IMG/VR virus record: IMGVR_UViG_3300021364_000012
Span: 11,909 to 75,908 of that record
DNA: 64,000 bases
Origin: a virus
Strand: one strand, 5' to 3'
Shown here: in pieces, positions 29,509 to 39,816 of the stretch
How the letters are laid out: every line of letters starts with the position of its first letter
Numbering within the stretch: position 1 is the first letter of the stretch
The notes under the pieces: model-generated
The model's input: only the letters and a program-made list of their open reading frames with translations
The model's database searches: none
Told to the model about the DNA's origin: nothing
Program-made: the position numbers and the translations under genes

Positions 29509-30405
29509 TTAGATTTCAGCTAACTTCAAAACACGCTCACTCACGAAAAAATAAGGGAGCGACTTTAACCCTATTTCTTTGGCTTTTTGTAAACGATGTA
29601 GCCCATCAACAACGGTTGGAAGTCCTGATTTGCTAGGTGCAATAAGAATAGGTGCGGAAACGTCAGCCCTTCTGACTCTAATAGGGTCTGCATCAGCGAA
29701 ATCTAAAACCCAAATAAGGCGACCTATTTCCATTCTTTGAATTGGATCGTCTTCCACAAGAGAAAGAACAGCATTTAAACTATATTTACGACCTTCATGT
29801 GTGAAAGTAGAACTCTCTTCTTCTCTGTAAGACGCCACCCTCTTGTGGTTTAAAGAAAGGTCTCTATCCCCACCAGCTCCTCCACCCATATACTGAATGT
29901 CAGGGTCTTCAACCTTCATTCTTTTTCGCATCAAATCTTTGCGTGGAGGCTTCTTTTTTGGTTTCTGCTTTACTAGACGCTCTGTCTCTCTTGTTTCTTT
30001 CTCTTCTGTAGAGAGTGTTGCGTATTTCTTGTGTGTGCAAAGGTCTACACTAGCCATCTTACGAACATCAAAACAAAGAGGAGCAAACTCTTTTCTGAGC
30101 TTCCTCAAAATCTGAGCGATTACTAAATAAGCAAGGTGCGACCTATCTGTGTCTTTTAGATCAATCCAACACCCTTGGAGGAGACGTATCTTCTCTGCCT
30201 TGCCATCTAGTAATTCTACGAACTCAAATCTCTTATCTAAAGAAATAGCTTCTTCAAACAAAGCCTCTATCGTTAAGAAATGCTTTCGGATACAGTCTGG
30301 ACATCTTTTTCTAGGATTGTTTAAGTGATCTTCTAAAAGAGACATCTGTTTTACGGACTCTCTCAAATTAAAGAGAGGACTCATTATCGGTAATAAGTTT
30401 CCCAT
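29509..30405 (-). CDS. Multidomain protein: Cys/His helical domain plus C-terminal ParB/Srx-like domain
   Basis: NLRE..KQM.LLEDHL...KRCPDCIRKHFL; PILI...VVDGLHRL.KA (ParB-N-like). Confidence 0.65.
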   Translation of the reverse strand: MGNLLPIMSPLFNLRESVKQMSLLEDHLNNPRKRCPDCIRKHFLTIEALFEEAISLDKRFEFVELLDGKAEKIRLLQGCWIDLKDTDRSHLAYLVIAQILRKLRKEFAPLCFDVRKMASVDLCTHKKYATLSTEEKETRETERLVKQKPKKKPPRKDLMRKRMKVEDPDIQYMGGGAGGDRDLSLNHKRVASYREEESSTFTHEGRKYSLNAVLSLVEDDPIQRMEIGRLIWVLDFADADPIRVRRADVSAPILIAPSKSGLPTVVDGLHRLQKAKEIGLKSLPYFFVSERVLKLAEI

Positions 30406-30458
30406 TTTCTATACGCTCCTATTTTTTGTCACCACAGGAAATAAGAGCGTATAGAAAA
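30405..30458 (-). promoter_or_regulatory. Long RBS-occluding hairpin overlapping a late-promoter-like motif
   Basis: Perfect 14-bp inverted repeat TTTTCTATACGCTC/GAGCGTATAGAAAA, extendable, covering the GGAG and A of ATG of the 298-aa gene. Confidence 0.65.
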
Positions 30459-30462
30459 TATA

Positions 30463-32139
30463 TTAGAATCTTCCGTCATCACCCTCATCCGGAGGAGTAT
30501 ATTTCAAACCAATATTCTGAGCAATCTTCTCTATTACTTCAGTGTTCTCAGCGAGCATACGTCCTGCTTCTCCATAAATACCACGGAGAACTTCATTGAA
30601 CTGAGAGTCGTTGAGAGTCCACATATCTCTCTCTAGCTTTCTCTTAGTTGACTCAGGGTCAACATTCAAAAGCTCAAGGATAATGTCAATATCCAAAGAA
30701 CCCTTCTGATAAAGATTAAAGAGAGCATCGAAGGTGTCTTGGTTATCTCTCAAACCAAGACGAGTAAAGCTAAGACTTGGATGAACGACTATTTCCTCCC
30801 CATCGTCATCTTCTTCTATGAAGCCCATGCGTCTGCACATCGGCTTCAAGATGTTCTCCTCTACCATCTCTTGAAGAACTTCACGCATCAGCATGTAGCG
30901 TGTATTGATCACTTCAAGATTGATACGATCTCCACTATAGCTCGACTCCCCTGAAAGTAGAGACTCAGTTACGCCAAGACCTGCATACATCTGTCTGTCG
31001 GTCATGTCATACTCTGAGCCAAGGTCAAGAAGACGTTGGTCTGACCCCATCTCTTCCCAAGAAATTTGAAAGTTAGCTATGATAGAGTAATCGGGGTCTT
31101 GAAGAGCTAAATCCACTTGCTCTCTCAAGGCTTCGACATCTGCCATGTCCATATCTTCTGCATAAACCAACCGAATAGGCGTCATATGTCGAGAAGCAAT
31201 AGAGGTGTTAGCTTGCCTCAACTTATCTCTGTACACCAATATTCTGAGACAACGCTCCAACATAGAGTGTCCTCTCGGCTCGTATTGGGATTTCTTACGA
31301 GCCATATAATAAACAAAAGAACCCTTCTCGGCATCACTATTTAAAGGGATATTTCTCCCTTCCCGAATAGCATCCACCACATCTTCAGGCATCGACTCCA
31401 CAATTCTCATTGCTTCAGGGTCTTGGACAGAAGCTCTCTCCACGACATTCTTAGTCTTAGAATCAGGAATAAGCTCTATGATTTTTTGATCTGTAAAAGG
31501 AAAAGACTCCATATGTACTTGCTCTGGAGGAAGCACACGAATACCTGTCCAACCCTTGTAGTTTTTCTTCATCCAAACATAAGCACGATCATCAGCGTCT
31601 TCATATCTCTCCCAAAGAACTTCAATCTCTCCATCGGGAGTAAGCTGATTCTTTTTTTTATGTGTAACTTCTTTAGGCATGTCTGGATTATTGTCTTCAC
31701 AAAAAACAAAAACCTCACCTAGAAGATTATACTCATGCAATATTTCTATGAGACGGTGGAGCAACCCCACTCTTCTTGCCCATTTCTCACAAAAACGAAG
31801 AGAAGCCCAAGCCATCTCTCTATTCTTAGACTTAGGCATACCAAGTCTAATCTTGGAAAGCGGTAGCTCCGTGTGAAGGTCTACAGCTTGACCCACGAAA
31901 GGGTCTGTCCGATAGAAGAAACGGAAATAATTACGTTGTTCGTCTTGGCTCTGCGGAAGCTCTAAAAAATCCGTAGATAGCTCTGGAGAATAAAAGTTAC
32001 CTCCGGAACCCATCTGTGTTCCACTCGTTGTCATCGCCACTTTAACACGGGACTTCATCTGAGAAGGCTTAAGAGGTCGAGTAGTTACGTCTCCTTTAGT
32101 CTTAACTTCTCCTACTTTTAAAGGCTCATCACTAGACAT
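30463..32139 (-). CDS. Portal protein
   Basis: 558 aa directly after terminase; FYRTDPFVGQAVDLHTELPLS, Y.LLGEVF, RGHSMLERCLR, GLGVTESLLSGE. Confidence 0.8.
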   Translation of the reverse strand: MSSDEPLKVGEVKTKGDVTTRPLKPSQMKSRVKVAMTTSGTQMGSGGNFYSPELSTDFLELPQSQDEQRNYFRFFYRTDPFVGQAVDLHTELPLSKIRLGMPKSKNREMAWASLRFCEKWARRVGLLHRLIEILHEYNLLGEVFVFCEDNNPDMPKEVTHKKKNQLTPDGEIEVLWERYEDADDRAYVWMKKNYKGWTGIRVLPPEQVHMESFPFTDQKIIELIPDSKTKNVVERASVQDPEAMRIVESMPEDVVDAIREGRNIPLNSDAEKGSFVYYMARKKSQYEPRGHSMLERCLRILVYRDKLRQANTSIASRHMTPIRLVYAEDMDMADVEALREQVDLALQDPDYSIIANFQISWEEMGSDQRLLDLGSEYDMTDRQMYAGLGVTESLLSGESSYSGDRINLEVINTRYMLMREVLQEMVEENILKPMCRRMGFIEEDDDGEEIVVHPSLSFTRLGLRDNQDTFDALFNLYQKGSLDIDIILELLNVDPESTKRKLERDMWTLNDSQFNEVLRGIYGEAGRMLAENTEVIEKIAQNIGLKYTPPDEGDDGRF

Positions 32140-32143
32140 TCAG

Positions 32144-32395
32144 TCACCTCTTATTTTTCTTGTCTATTTTTTCTTTCATTTTCACAGCCAATATAGCTCT
32201 CTTTAAAAGCTTTATTGTTTGTGGGTCTCCCTCAAAGAAAGAATACCAACTCCCCCCTGCGTTAATGAACACTTTTGAACATAAGTCCAATTTTTCTTCT
32301 GAAGGACTCTTATCCCCATGAGAAAGTTCTAGTATCCTAGCAATGACACGATGGTCTGCAAAGTCTCTGCTCTTAGGTCTTATTTCTTTACTCAT
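32144..32395 (-). CDS. Hypothetical protein
   Basis: 83-aa ORF between terminase and portal. Confidence 0.65.
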   Translation of the reverse strand: MSKEIRPKSRDFADHRVIARILELSHGDKSPSEEKLDLCSKVFINAGGSWYSFFEGDPQTIKLLKRAILAVKMKEKIDKKNKR

Positions 32396-32397
32396 AG

Positions 32398-35300
32398 TTA
32401 CTTCCTTTTTCCTAATATCCTATTTCTTAAAGAATACTTATTTTCTCTAGGAGCTGTCCTTTGAGAGGACACACCTCGACCACGCATTCTAGGATAAGAA
32501 GACGCAAAACCTTTTCCGCTAATAGAAGTATTATTAGGAGTTCCACTCGCAAAATATTTCTGTTTCCCAAAGTTCCTTGAAGCTACCCACACCATTCTTA
32601 TTAGTGCATCGGACATATCGTCATGCTTACCCTGCACTTGAGGAGCTTCGACTGTAATCACATGCTTACTGTGTACATGTGCTTGTAGCTCAAAAAGCTC
32701 AGAGATATAGGGTGCGTGTCCTTCAACTTCAGGGTTAGGGTTGTCGTATAACGCTAATTTCTCATCCCACATCAAAGACTTGAAGTTCTGATACATATCC
32801 GAAGTCTTATTCTTAGTCATGTGTTCCGACTTCATCTGACCCAAGCCTCTTTTTGAGAGAGCTTGTTCCAAAGGAATACCAGCCCATTGGTCAAATATAC
32901 CCTCAGAAACATAAAACTTCTTAGTCAGTTGCAAAATCCAATCAGCAACATCGTCAAAATCGAGCCTGTCCTTATCAGCGTAATCACCTTCCCCTGCTTT
33001 AATCTGATCTACAAGATCAACCACCACCTTGTTTTCTTCTAAATGACCAATCGCTATAGCGGTTCCGTCGCCTACGAGACCTAAGTCGATACCCATAAAA
33101 TGTGGCTTTCTTGCAGGTGCTCTATTTCTTTGTCTGAGACTAGGGTCTACACACGCTAGGAGGTCTTCTTCTTTCTCTATCCAACCCCTCGTTCTATCCG
33201 TAAACTCTCCACCATACTCCGTAAAGAAAACAGCGGCGTTCTTTAAATAATGCTTCTCAAACTCTTCCGCAGGGACGGTGGGGTTCACCTCCCAAGTAGG
33301 GGCTTGAACACAAAGCATATTTGAAGAAGCCCCTCCACCTTGCATACCTATATTAAATAGCTTGTAGAAGAGTCCCTGTTTGCCCAATGGAGAAGAAATA
33401 AGAATAACCCGACCTTCCACGTCTCCAATGGGCTTTGTTGGGTTTGTAGGGTCTTTCGGAGAATATGCCGAAGTTGAAGGCACTACCGCATTATAGACTT
33501 CTTCAGCTCCCGACTGTCCACTCTCAGTAAAGTGAGCTACCTCGTCAAGTATCACGCAAATATTACCTGCACCACGAAGACCTTTAGCGACACAAGATCG
33601 GAAGGTTACTTTAAGAGTGGCTTTTGCATCTGCGTTCTCAATATACCTCCCGTATTTCTCCACATCGTTTGGTGTTTGAAAACGTGCATAAGACAGTGTG
33701 TTATTTGCTGTGTAAGGACCAAAAAAAGCACAGTTCCGATAGTGACCTGAAACTTCTTGATAAAGAAGACCCGCTTGGTCTTTGTCTGTAGCGACAGAAA
33801 TAATCTGAATATTATTGCTCGCAGGAAGACCATAGTATTTCTGAGGGTCGCCTTTTTTGATCAGCTTGTAAGTCTCATAAGCGGCGATGCAAGCAGAAAT
33901 AGTAGTGTTATGGTTTGTAAAGCAATTCCCCACAAACATAGAGCCTTCAGGCACGTTCAAGTCATAAACATGACACTCTGAATCTTCGACACTTTTAATA
34001 GTGTCGAAGAAATAGTGGGTATCTAAAATATGCTCAAGCTTATCTTTTATTGAGTTAGACAAACGCTCGGAGTCAAGCACCTTCTTTATACGAGGGAAAG
34101 AAAGAGAATCTGAGTTATTTAAAAGTCGAGTCGGTACACCTCTTTCTTTTAAGTACCCACCTAAACCACGAACATAGAAATCATGAGAGCTTCTCAAAGT
34201 GGACTCAAGTTCTTTGAGTACCTTTTTCTTTCTATCTGAAATAAATCCGATCTCCCTACAGAACACACGATAGGACTCTAAACCTTTTACCCGAACACGA
34301 CCTCTAACCTGACCTTCCTCATTTTTTGAATGGGAAAATGAAGAAACGACACCTAAGTTCATAAGAATTATGTGGACTTGTCGTAAAAGCTCCAAAGAGG
34401 CAGAACACAAAGAAATCTCTTTTGATTGCTTTTCAGAGCAAACGTAGCCGTCCGTCTCAAAGAGTCCCCTTAAAAAAGCACAGATAACAGGTTTGGGGCT
34501 TCTAAGAATTACTTCTGGAACACACTTCTGTTGTAGCGGTGTTTTAATTCCCCAACCAATCTGATGTAAGAAATCCCTGTGCTTCTTACTGTGACACACG
34601 ACACGATACGCATTTGCTTCCAATACAGGATAACAAGAAACCTTGCCAAAGAGGTGTACCATCTTAAGCACTAATATATCTTTAAAGTCTTTCTCCCCAA
34701 CAGTAACCACAACATCTTTTTCTGAAGCCCATGTCCCATCTCCCACTAGGACACCAAGCATCTCCCCCCAATCTTCATTCAAATATTCTGGAAGGTTCTT
34801 CACACCTTCAACGATATGCTCTGAGAAAGAAACATAATCTTCTGCAAATATGCCCCTCTTGTAATTAAGACAAGCAACATCCCCCTCAACCACATCCTCT
34901 AAATACTTCCAAGAAATATTAAAGTCAGAGTCTAGCACCTTTATACGATGATTTGGAGTTCCTTCTATTTCAAAACCCGAACGTGTTGTTATTCTTTTAG
35001 TTTCCTTGATGCCTCCATTATAGAAAAAGGCCGCCCTAGACTTTCTCCCACCCTCTTGTAAGACTTCCGTAGAAATAGGTTGATACTCAGGAGCACCCAA
35101 AGACGCATCACCTAGTGTGTCTATTCTTACTAGACCCCTACTCGTAGGTATAAGAGTGTCTCCCCGAACACACTTTCCCGAGCGTCTCCCTATTGAGAGA
35201 ATCATCTCTCTTCTTTGCTGTCCCGGAATCACTTCTCCGATGTTACAGCGTCCTTCATCAAACAGTTTCTTCAAATAAGTCTTTTCAGTGTGTTCTTCCC

Positions 35301-35511
35301 AATCTTCCCTCCTCCAATCACTTATTTTGAAGGTGTAAGTGTCGTCTAGCTCTAAGCCGTAGTGAGCTTTAAGAATGATTTTCTGTATTGGAAATAAAGT
35401 CATCTTCAAGCCCCAAGGGGCTTCTACAAACTCTATAATGTCTGCATCTCTCTCAGACTGCTTGCCCATTCGAGCCGAAGCACCAATGGCTAAAGAAGAA
35501 AGACTCATCAC
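32398..35511 (-). CDS. terL: Terminase large subunit (intein-containing)
   Basis: Walker A GRRSGK|T, Walker B VILDEVAH, ISSP motif III, nuclease MGIDLG, FDQW, HDDMSDA. Confidence 0.92.
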   Translation of the reverse strand: MMSLSSLAIGASARMGKQSERDADIIEFVEAPWGLKMTLFPIQKIILKAHYGLELDDTYTFKISDWRREDWEEHTEKTYLKKLFDEGRCNIGEVIPGQQRREMILSIGRRSGKCVRGDTLIPTSRGLVRIDTLGDASLGAPEYQPISTEVLQEGGRKSRAAFFYNGGIKETKRITTRSGFEIEGTPNHRIKVLDSDFNISWKYLEDVVEGDVACLNYKRGIFAEDYVSFSEHIVEGVKNLPEYLNEDWGEMLGVLVGDGTWASEKDVVVTVGEKDFKDILVLKMVHLFGKVSCYPVLEANAYRVVCHSKKHRDFLHQIGWGIKTPLQQKCVPEVILRSPKPVICAFLRGLFETDGYVCSEKQSKEISLCSASLELLRQVHIILMNLGVVSSFSHSKNEEGQVRGRVRVKGLESYRVFCREIGFISDRKKKVLKELESTLRSSHDFYVRGLGGYLKERGVPTRLLNNSDSLSFPRIKKVLDSERLSNSIKDKLEHILDTHYFFDTIKSVEDSECHVYDLNVPEGSMFVGNCFTNHNTTISACIAAYETYKLIKKGDPQKYYGLPASNNIQIISVATDKDQAGLLYQEVSGHYRNCAFFGPYTANNTLSYARFQTPNDVEKYGRYIENADAKATLKVTFRSCVAKGLRGAGNICVILDEVAHFTESGQSGAEEVYNAVVPSTSAYSPKDPTNPTKPIGDVEGRVILISSPLGKQGLFYKLFNIGMQGGGASSNMLCVQAPTWEVNPTVPAEEFEKHYLKNAAVFFTEYGGEFTDRTRGWIEKEEDLLACVDPSLRQRNRAPARKPHFMGIDLGLVGDGTAIAIGHLEENKVVVDLVDQIKAGEGDYADKDRLDFDDVADWILQLTKKFYVSEGIFDQWAGIPLEQALSKRGLGQMKSEHMTKNKTSDMYQNFKSLMWDEKLALYDNPNPEVEGHAPYISELFELQAHVHSKHVITVEAPQVQGKHDDMSDALIRMVWVASRNFGKQKYFASGTPNNTSISGKGFASSYPRMRGRGVSSQRTAPRENKYSLRNRILGKRK
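33907..35172 (-). mobile_element. Intein with LAGLIDADG homing endonuclease in terL (422 aa)
   Basis: N-terminal CVRGDT, block B GTPNH, LGVLVGDG and FLRGLFETDG, C-terminal VYDLNV...NHN followed by Thr+1. Confidence 0.93.
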
Positions 35512-36185
35512 TCACCCTTCTCTAACTTGGCTTTCGCTTCTTTCATCCAATCAATGTCATCTACAAGCTTGCCAAATACTGCAAAGACACTCTCACTCAT
35601 TTCGGGTCGAATACCTGCTTCATCGCAGGCTTTCCTAAATGTCTCGGCTATAAAGATAAAGATAATCTTAAAGGCAGGAGACTCTAAGTCTATAGAGGAG
35701 TTTGAAATAAGCTCTTTCTTCTTTAGCCAAGTGTCGCCAACAGCTTTCAAAGCATTCACACGTCTCAAAGAAATCTGAGACGTGGACTCTCCTCTTCTCT
35801 CTGCCTCTGCTCTTTCAAAAGCTAGAGACGCAGACTCCTCTGCCAAACCGACCAAAACAGAAGTAAGAACCTCTGAGGAGTCGGGGTTTAAGCTAGTCGT
35901 ACTTAAAACAGGGTCTCTGCTTAGTGCGTCTTGTTTCTTGCTTTGTATTTTCTGAATTGTAGCTTGAGGCGAGCCTGCTACAGGGAGATTATTCGGATTA
36001 GTAACGCTTGGCTTCCCTGGAGAACCAAACATAACGAACAACTCCCCTGTAGAAGGGTTAAACTGTAGTGTGTCTGAAGGCTTCAAATCCGTGGGTTTTC
36101 TCCAAACCGTCTTACCGATTTCATCTCGAACTTGGACTCTTGTGACACCTTCTGGTATTAAAGCTAAATCTTCAGACTTGATCAT
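35508..36185 (-). CDS. Possible terminase small subunit
   Basis: 225-aa helical protein overlapping the terL start; call is positional. Confidence 0.4.
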   Translation of the reverse strand: MIKSEDLALIPEGVTRVQVRDEIGKTVWRKPTDLKPSDTLQFNPSTGELFVMFGSPGKPSVTNPNNLPVAGSPQATIQKIQSKKQDALSRDPVLSTTSLNPDSSEVLTSVLVGLAEESASLAFERAEAERRGESTSQISLRRVNALKAVGDTWLKKKELISNSSIDLESPAFKIIFIFIAETFRKACDEAGIRPEMSESVFAVFGKLVDDIDWMKEAKAKLEKGE

Positions 36186-36199
36186 GTGTGTGACTCCAT

Positions 36200-36856
36200 T
36201 TAAAATTCTTTAATCGGGTCAACGTCCTCATTTCTTTTTACAACTACACCTACCCCACGATCATCCTCGTCAGGGTCGTAAACTACGTTGCCGTCTGAAT
36301 CTTTGACTACAAAAGGAGGAACCCCGTTTAAAAGTTTATAAGAATAACTTACTATAGTTAATACCAAGTCGTCGTCTATAGATTCCGTTTTTATATTAAC
36401 TAAAGTGTTATCTACATCATCTACGCTTGCAGAAACGCCAATTCGCTTCTCGTTCAGTGCTCTTGCAAGCTCAGAAGCAACGTCGGCAACCACACCCACA
36501 CCACCACCTGCTAATTGACCAAAGTTATCCCCTGCCTTTAATGAAGGCAACTGATCGAGAGTTGGAATTCGAGAAGCATACGCCTGTATTTCATCCTTAT
36601 CATAGAAAGGCGGAGCACCCCCGAGTCTATCATTAAAGAAATCAACAGAATTGACTTGGATAGCTAACTTTACTTTCTTTTCAGAAAATAAACCGATCTG
36701 AGAAAAGCCTGTAGTGTTTGAGATATTCTGACACTCGAAGCCTCTCCTTATTGGAGAAGGATTACCAGAGACGCCTTTACTTGGGTCGGAAGCTCTCCTG
36801 TGGTGTGCTACAAGGAGTTGGTATTTCTGAGAAGTATTAACTTTATTATACTGCAT
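36200..36856 (-). CDS. Hypothetical virion structural protein
   Basis: 218 aa, AGGAG RBS, in late operon. Confidence 0.6.
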   Translation of the reverse strand: MQYNKVNTSQKYQLLVAHHRRASDPSKGVSGNPSPIRRGFECQNISNTTGFSQIGLFSEKKVKLAIQVNSVDFFNDRLGGAPPFYDKDEIQAYASRIPTLDQLPSLKAGDNFGQLAGGGVGVVADVASELARALNEKRIGVSASVDDVDNTLVNIKTESIDDDLVLTIVSYSYKLLNGVPPFVVKDSDGNVVYDPDEDDRGVGVVVKRNEDVDPIKEF

Positions 36857-36867
36857 AAGTATTTCTC

Positions 36868-39219
36868 CTATAGCTCAATACCGCCAAACAACACCTCGCC
36901 TATTTTTTCAGGACTCGGAGACTCCTCAGAAATAGTGAAGTTGTCATTGGCAGTTAGATTGAATTCCGACTGATCGTAATCATTCACAAAAAGAGAAGCT
37001 GTCCTCTCAGCGTCAGAAGAGTTAGCTAACCTAATCATCTCTTTCTGATAGCTGTCTTTATCTTCTACGATTTCCTGTGATTGATCCACTGCGTATTTAT
37101 TATATTTCTGACACTTACCGCCAACATTAAACACACAGCCTCCGCACTTAGCGTTCTTAAGAATTGCAGGAATCTGATTAGCTCGATGAATTAAAGCCCC
37201 CTTGTCACAACCCTCAGTGCCTGTCGTCATGTAGGCTTGAGAGTCTACATAAGCGTGTCCAGAAATACCTTCATGCTCTAACCTCAAAGATGCAACTCTC
37301 TCCTTGTGAAGGTCTAGGATATTCTGAGAGAACCTTGAAGCTAAGAGCACATCAAGCTCTTGACCTGCACTACCTTCTGACATCTTCTGTCTAAGCCAAG
37401 TAGCTACTTTATCCGACTGTACCTCATGTGCAGTCTTCATAGGAGCTGAAGCACTCTTAGAAATATGTGCCTCATATTTATGCCCACTAAACTCGACTTT
37501 TTTTGCAGAAACACCTTCTTTAGCAAGCCTAGAGAGCGAAACATATTTATCATCACCCTCAAGAGACATCGCACGATTAGCGTCTGACTCTGAGATAAAT
37601 CCATTAGAAACAAAGTGATCTATTCGGCTCGCAATCTTCTTCCCCTCTACCACATCTAAAGAAGACACTTCCCCGACAACCTTATTTCTTACATCTGTGA
37701 GGACGTGTGCTTTTACAGAGCCTTCATAACTCTGAGTCTCTTTAGGTCGTGCTAAATACTCAAAGACCGATGCCACTTTTTCTTCTGGCGTGTTCTTGCC
37801 TGAAGTAACCTTCTCTACTTCATCATAAGAAATAAGCCCACTAGAAATAAGTTTAGCCACTTTAGCCATTGCCATCTTATTTCTTTTACCCAACTCCACC
37901 TTTTCAGAAGGCGTGAGAGATGCAGATACGCTACTTCTCTTTGGAACTAAGTAATGAGCTTCTTTGCCCTGACCTTCATATACTGAAGACTTGTTTGGAG
38001 TAGACGCTAGATCATAGAGACGGTCTATCTTCTGCTGTGCAGTCTTGTCCGAAGAAATAACAGCACCAACTTGCTCCGAGTCTAAAAAACCTTCCGAAAC
38101 AAGTTGTGAAGCAATCCTATCTAAACGAACCTGTTTAGGGTCTGTTTTTTCCTCAATAAAGAAATCACTATACTCAGAAGCTTGAAGCTCTCTCTGTGCT
38201 TCTTCTGAAGAAATAGACTCAAAATCAAAAGATTGTGTAGGAAACCATGTGTTAGCAACATGAGTATTACCCTCTAAAGACTTAGAGTCTAAAAACGCTT
38301 GTTGAAGCATAGACTTATAACTAGAGCCTGAAACTTTAGTGACTCCAAGAGATTGAAGTCTAGGCATCAAAGTAGAGTAAGCCTTCTTCCAAGGAATTAC
38401 ATCTACAACCTCTTTCCCTAAGAATCTATCAAACGCACACCCCTGTTTTGAAGGGACAATGTAGAGAGAAGAAGCACATCTTTTATTTATAACTTCATCC
38501 CATTTGCCGTTAAACAGACCTGGGAAGTACGCTTCTTTTAAGTACACCGTACCATGAAGACCATACTCGGAAGCCAACAACTCTGAAGCACTCTTTCTTT
38601 GTTGCTCAGAAGGAATTATTTCTTCTAAGTCTTTCAAGAGGTCTTCTAGGCTTTCACCGTAAGCCATCTTACGCATCGACTGCTCCACTTTTTCTCGATA
38701 GTCATCGGCAGGAAGCTCAGATACTTCTTCATATGTATTAGTGTATTTCTCGTGGACTCTGTTTTTATTGGGAACCCTCTTCAAGCCGTCTGTAGACTCT
38801 CCTAAGCCCCAAGATTCTTCAAGAGCTTTCATCTGATTAACTTGAGGGTGCTCAAACCTACCTTCAGCAAACTGCTCAAGAACTTCTTCATGCGTTCTTG
38901 AGCCTCCTTCATCTTCTTTAGGCAGAGTCGCCAGCCAAGTGTGATCTACAAGAGGAACAAGCTGACCTGCATCTTTTGTAAAATCCGAAAGGTCTAAATC
39001 TATTTCTCTCTCGACACCTGTAGGTAAATCTGAGTTTAGTTCACCTTCAGGTGGAACCATCCCAAAAGGAAGAGAAGAAATACCCTTAGCTTCAGGAAGA
39101 CGTGCCTTATCTTCGACACCATTCCCATACTCAGTGTCGAAATGAAACCCGTCTAGCATATAGTTAGAGCCGTTCGTGAGTGAAAACCCACCATTTGGAA
39201 GTTTGCTGTTCTTACTCAT
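36868..39219 (-). CDS. Hypothetical virion protein with three internal helical repeats and C-terminal Cys cluster
   Basis: Repeats (L/F)(V/I)SxG(F/L)(L/I)...Y/F-x-G...AH; CGGCVFN..GKCQKY. Confidence 0.7.
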   Translation of the reverse strand: MSKNSKLPNGGFSLTNGSNYMLDGFHFDTEYGNGVEDKARLPEAKGISSLPFGMVPPEGELNSDLPTGVEREIDLDLSDFTKDAGQLVPLVDHTWLATLPKEDEGGSRTHEEVLEQFAEGRFEHPQVNQMKALEESWGLGESTDGLKRVPNKNRVHEKYTNTYEEVSELPADDYREKVEQSMRKMAYGESLEDLLKDLEEIIPSEQQRKSASELLASEYGLHGTVYLKEAYFPGLFNGKWDEVINKRCASSLYIVPSKQGCAFDRFLGKEVVDVIPWKKAYSTLMPRLQSLGVTKVSGSSYKSMLQQAFLDSKSLEGNTHVANTWFPTQSFDFESISSEEAQRELQASEYSDFFIEEKTDPKQVRLDRIASQLVSEGFLDSEQVGAVISSDKTAQQKIDRLYDLASTPNKSSVYEGQGKEAHYLVPKRSSVSASLTPSEKVELGKRNKMAMAKVAKLISSGLISYDEVEKVTSGKNTPEEKVASVFEYLARPKETQSYEGSVKAHVLTDVRNKVVGEVSSLDVVEGKKIASRIDHFVSNGFISESDANRAMSLEGDDKYVSLSRLAKEGVSAKKVEFSGHKYEAHISKSASAPMKTAHEVQSDKVATWLRQKMSEGSAGQELDVLLASRFSQNILDLHKERVASLRLEHEGISGHAYVDSQAYMTTGTEGCDKGALIHRANQIPAILKNAKCGGCVFNVGGKCQKYNKYAVDQSQEIVEDKDSYQKEMIRLANSSDAERTASLFVNDYDQSEFNLTANDNFTISEESPSPEKIGEVLFGGIEL

Positions 39220-39815
39220 CTTTTGCTCCTCATATATCTATCTGCTAAGATTGTACATCTAGCTTTCTTACGGACACTTGCAGTTCTGACGTTAGAAGCT
39301 TCGTTCACTTTTTTAGCTTCTTCTTCCATCTGCTTCTGTGCGTGTTTTTCAGGGTCATCTTTCAACTCGTTAATGGACTCCACCTCTTCGGGACTTCTAG
39401 TAGCCAAAGCCCAATGAGGTGCTTGTACTTCATCATTAAGAGTATCAGAAATAGCAGAGAGAGCCTCAACACAGTTCATAAACTGTTTACGGATATGTTT
39501 GACTTCTTGAATGTAGCCCTTCCCCCCTAAGCTACCATCGGGAGAAATATCTCTACTCTTAAGTTTTGCAAAAATATCATACGCATGGAGCGTATGACCT
39601 AAAGCAAAAAGAGTACTCTTCAAAACAGTAACAAGCTTCTCGTTACAATCTGGATTGAACTTGAAGTTAGGGTTTATTTCTCTTGAGCTAGGTGGAAAAC
39701 CACCCCACGCCCAATTCCCTGCGTTCATTGGAGAGTTAGAGTCATCCTTGATGAAGCGAACTTCACCCGCTGTTTTTATGTATTTCTTATTTATTTTGCT
39801 ATCGAAGTCCGACAT
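39216..39815 (-). CDS. Hypothetical virion-associated protein
   Basis: 199 aa; IKTAGEVRFIKD, ISPDGSLGGKGYI. Confidence 0.7.
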   Translation of the reverse strand: MSDFDSKINKKYIKTAGEVRFIKDDSNSPMNAGNWAWGGFPPSSREINPNFKFNPDCNEKLVTVLKSTLFALGHTLHAYDIFAKLKSRDISPDGSLGGKGYIQEVKHIRKQFMNCVEALSAISDTLNDEVQAPHWALATRSPEEVESINELKDDPEKHAQKQMEEEAKKVNEASNVRTASVRKKARCTILADRYMRSKR

Positions 39816-39816
39816 C

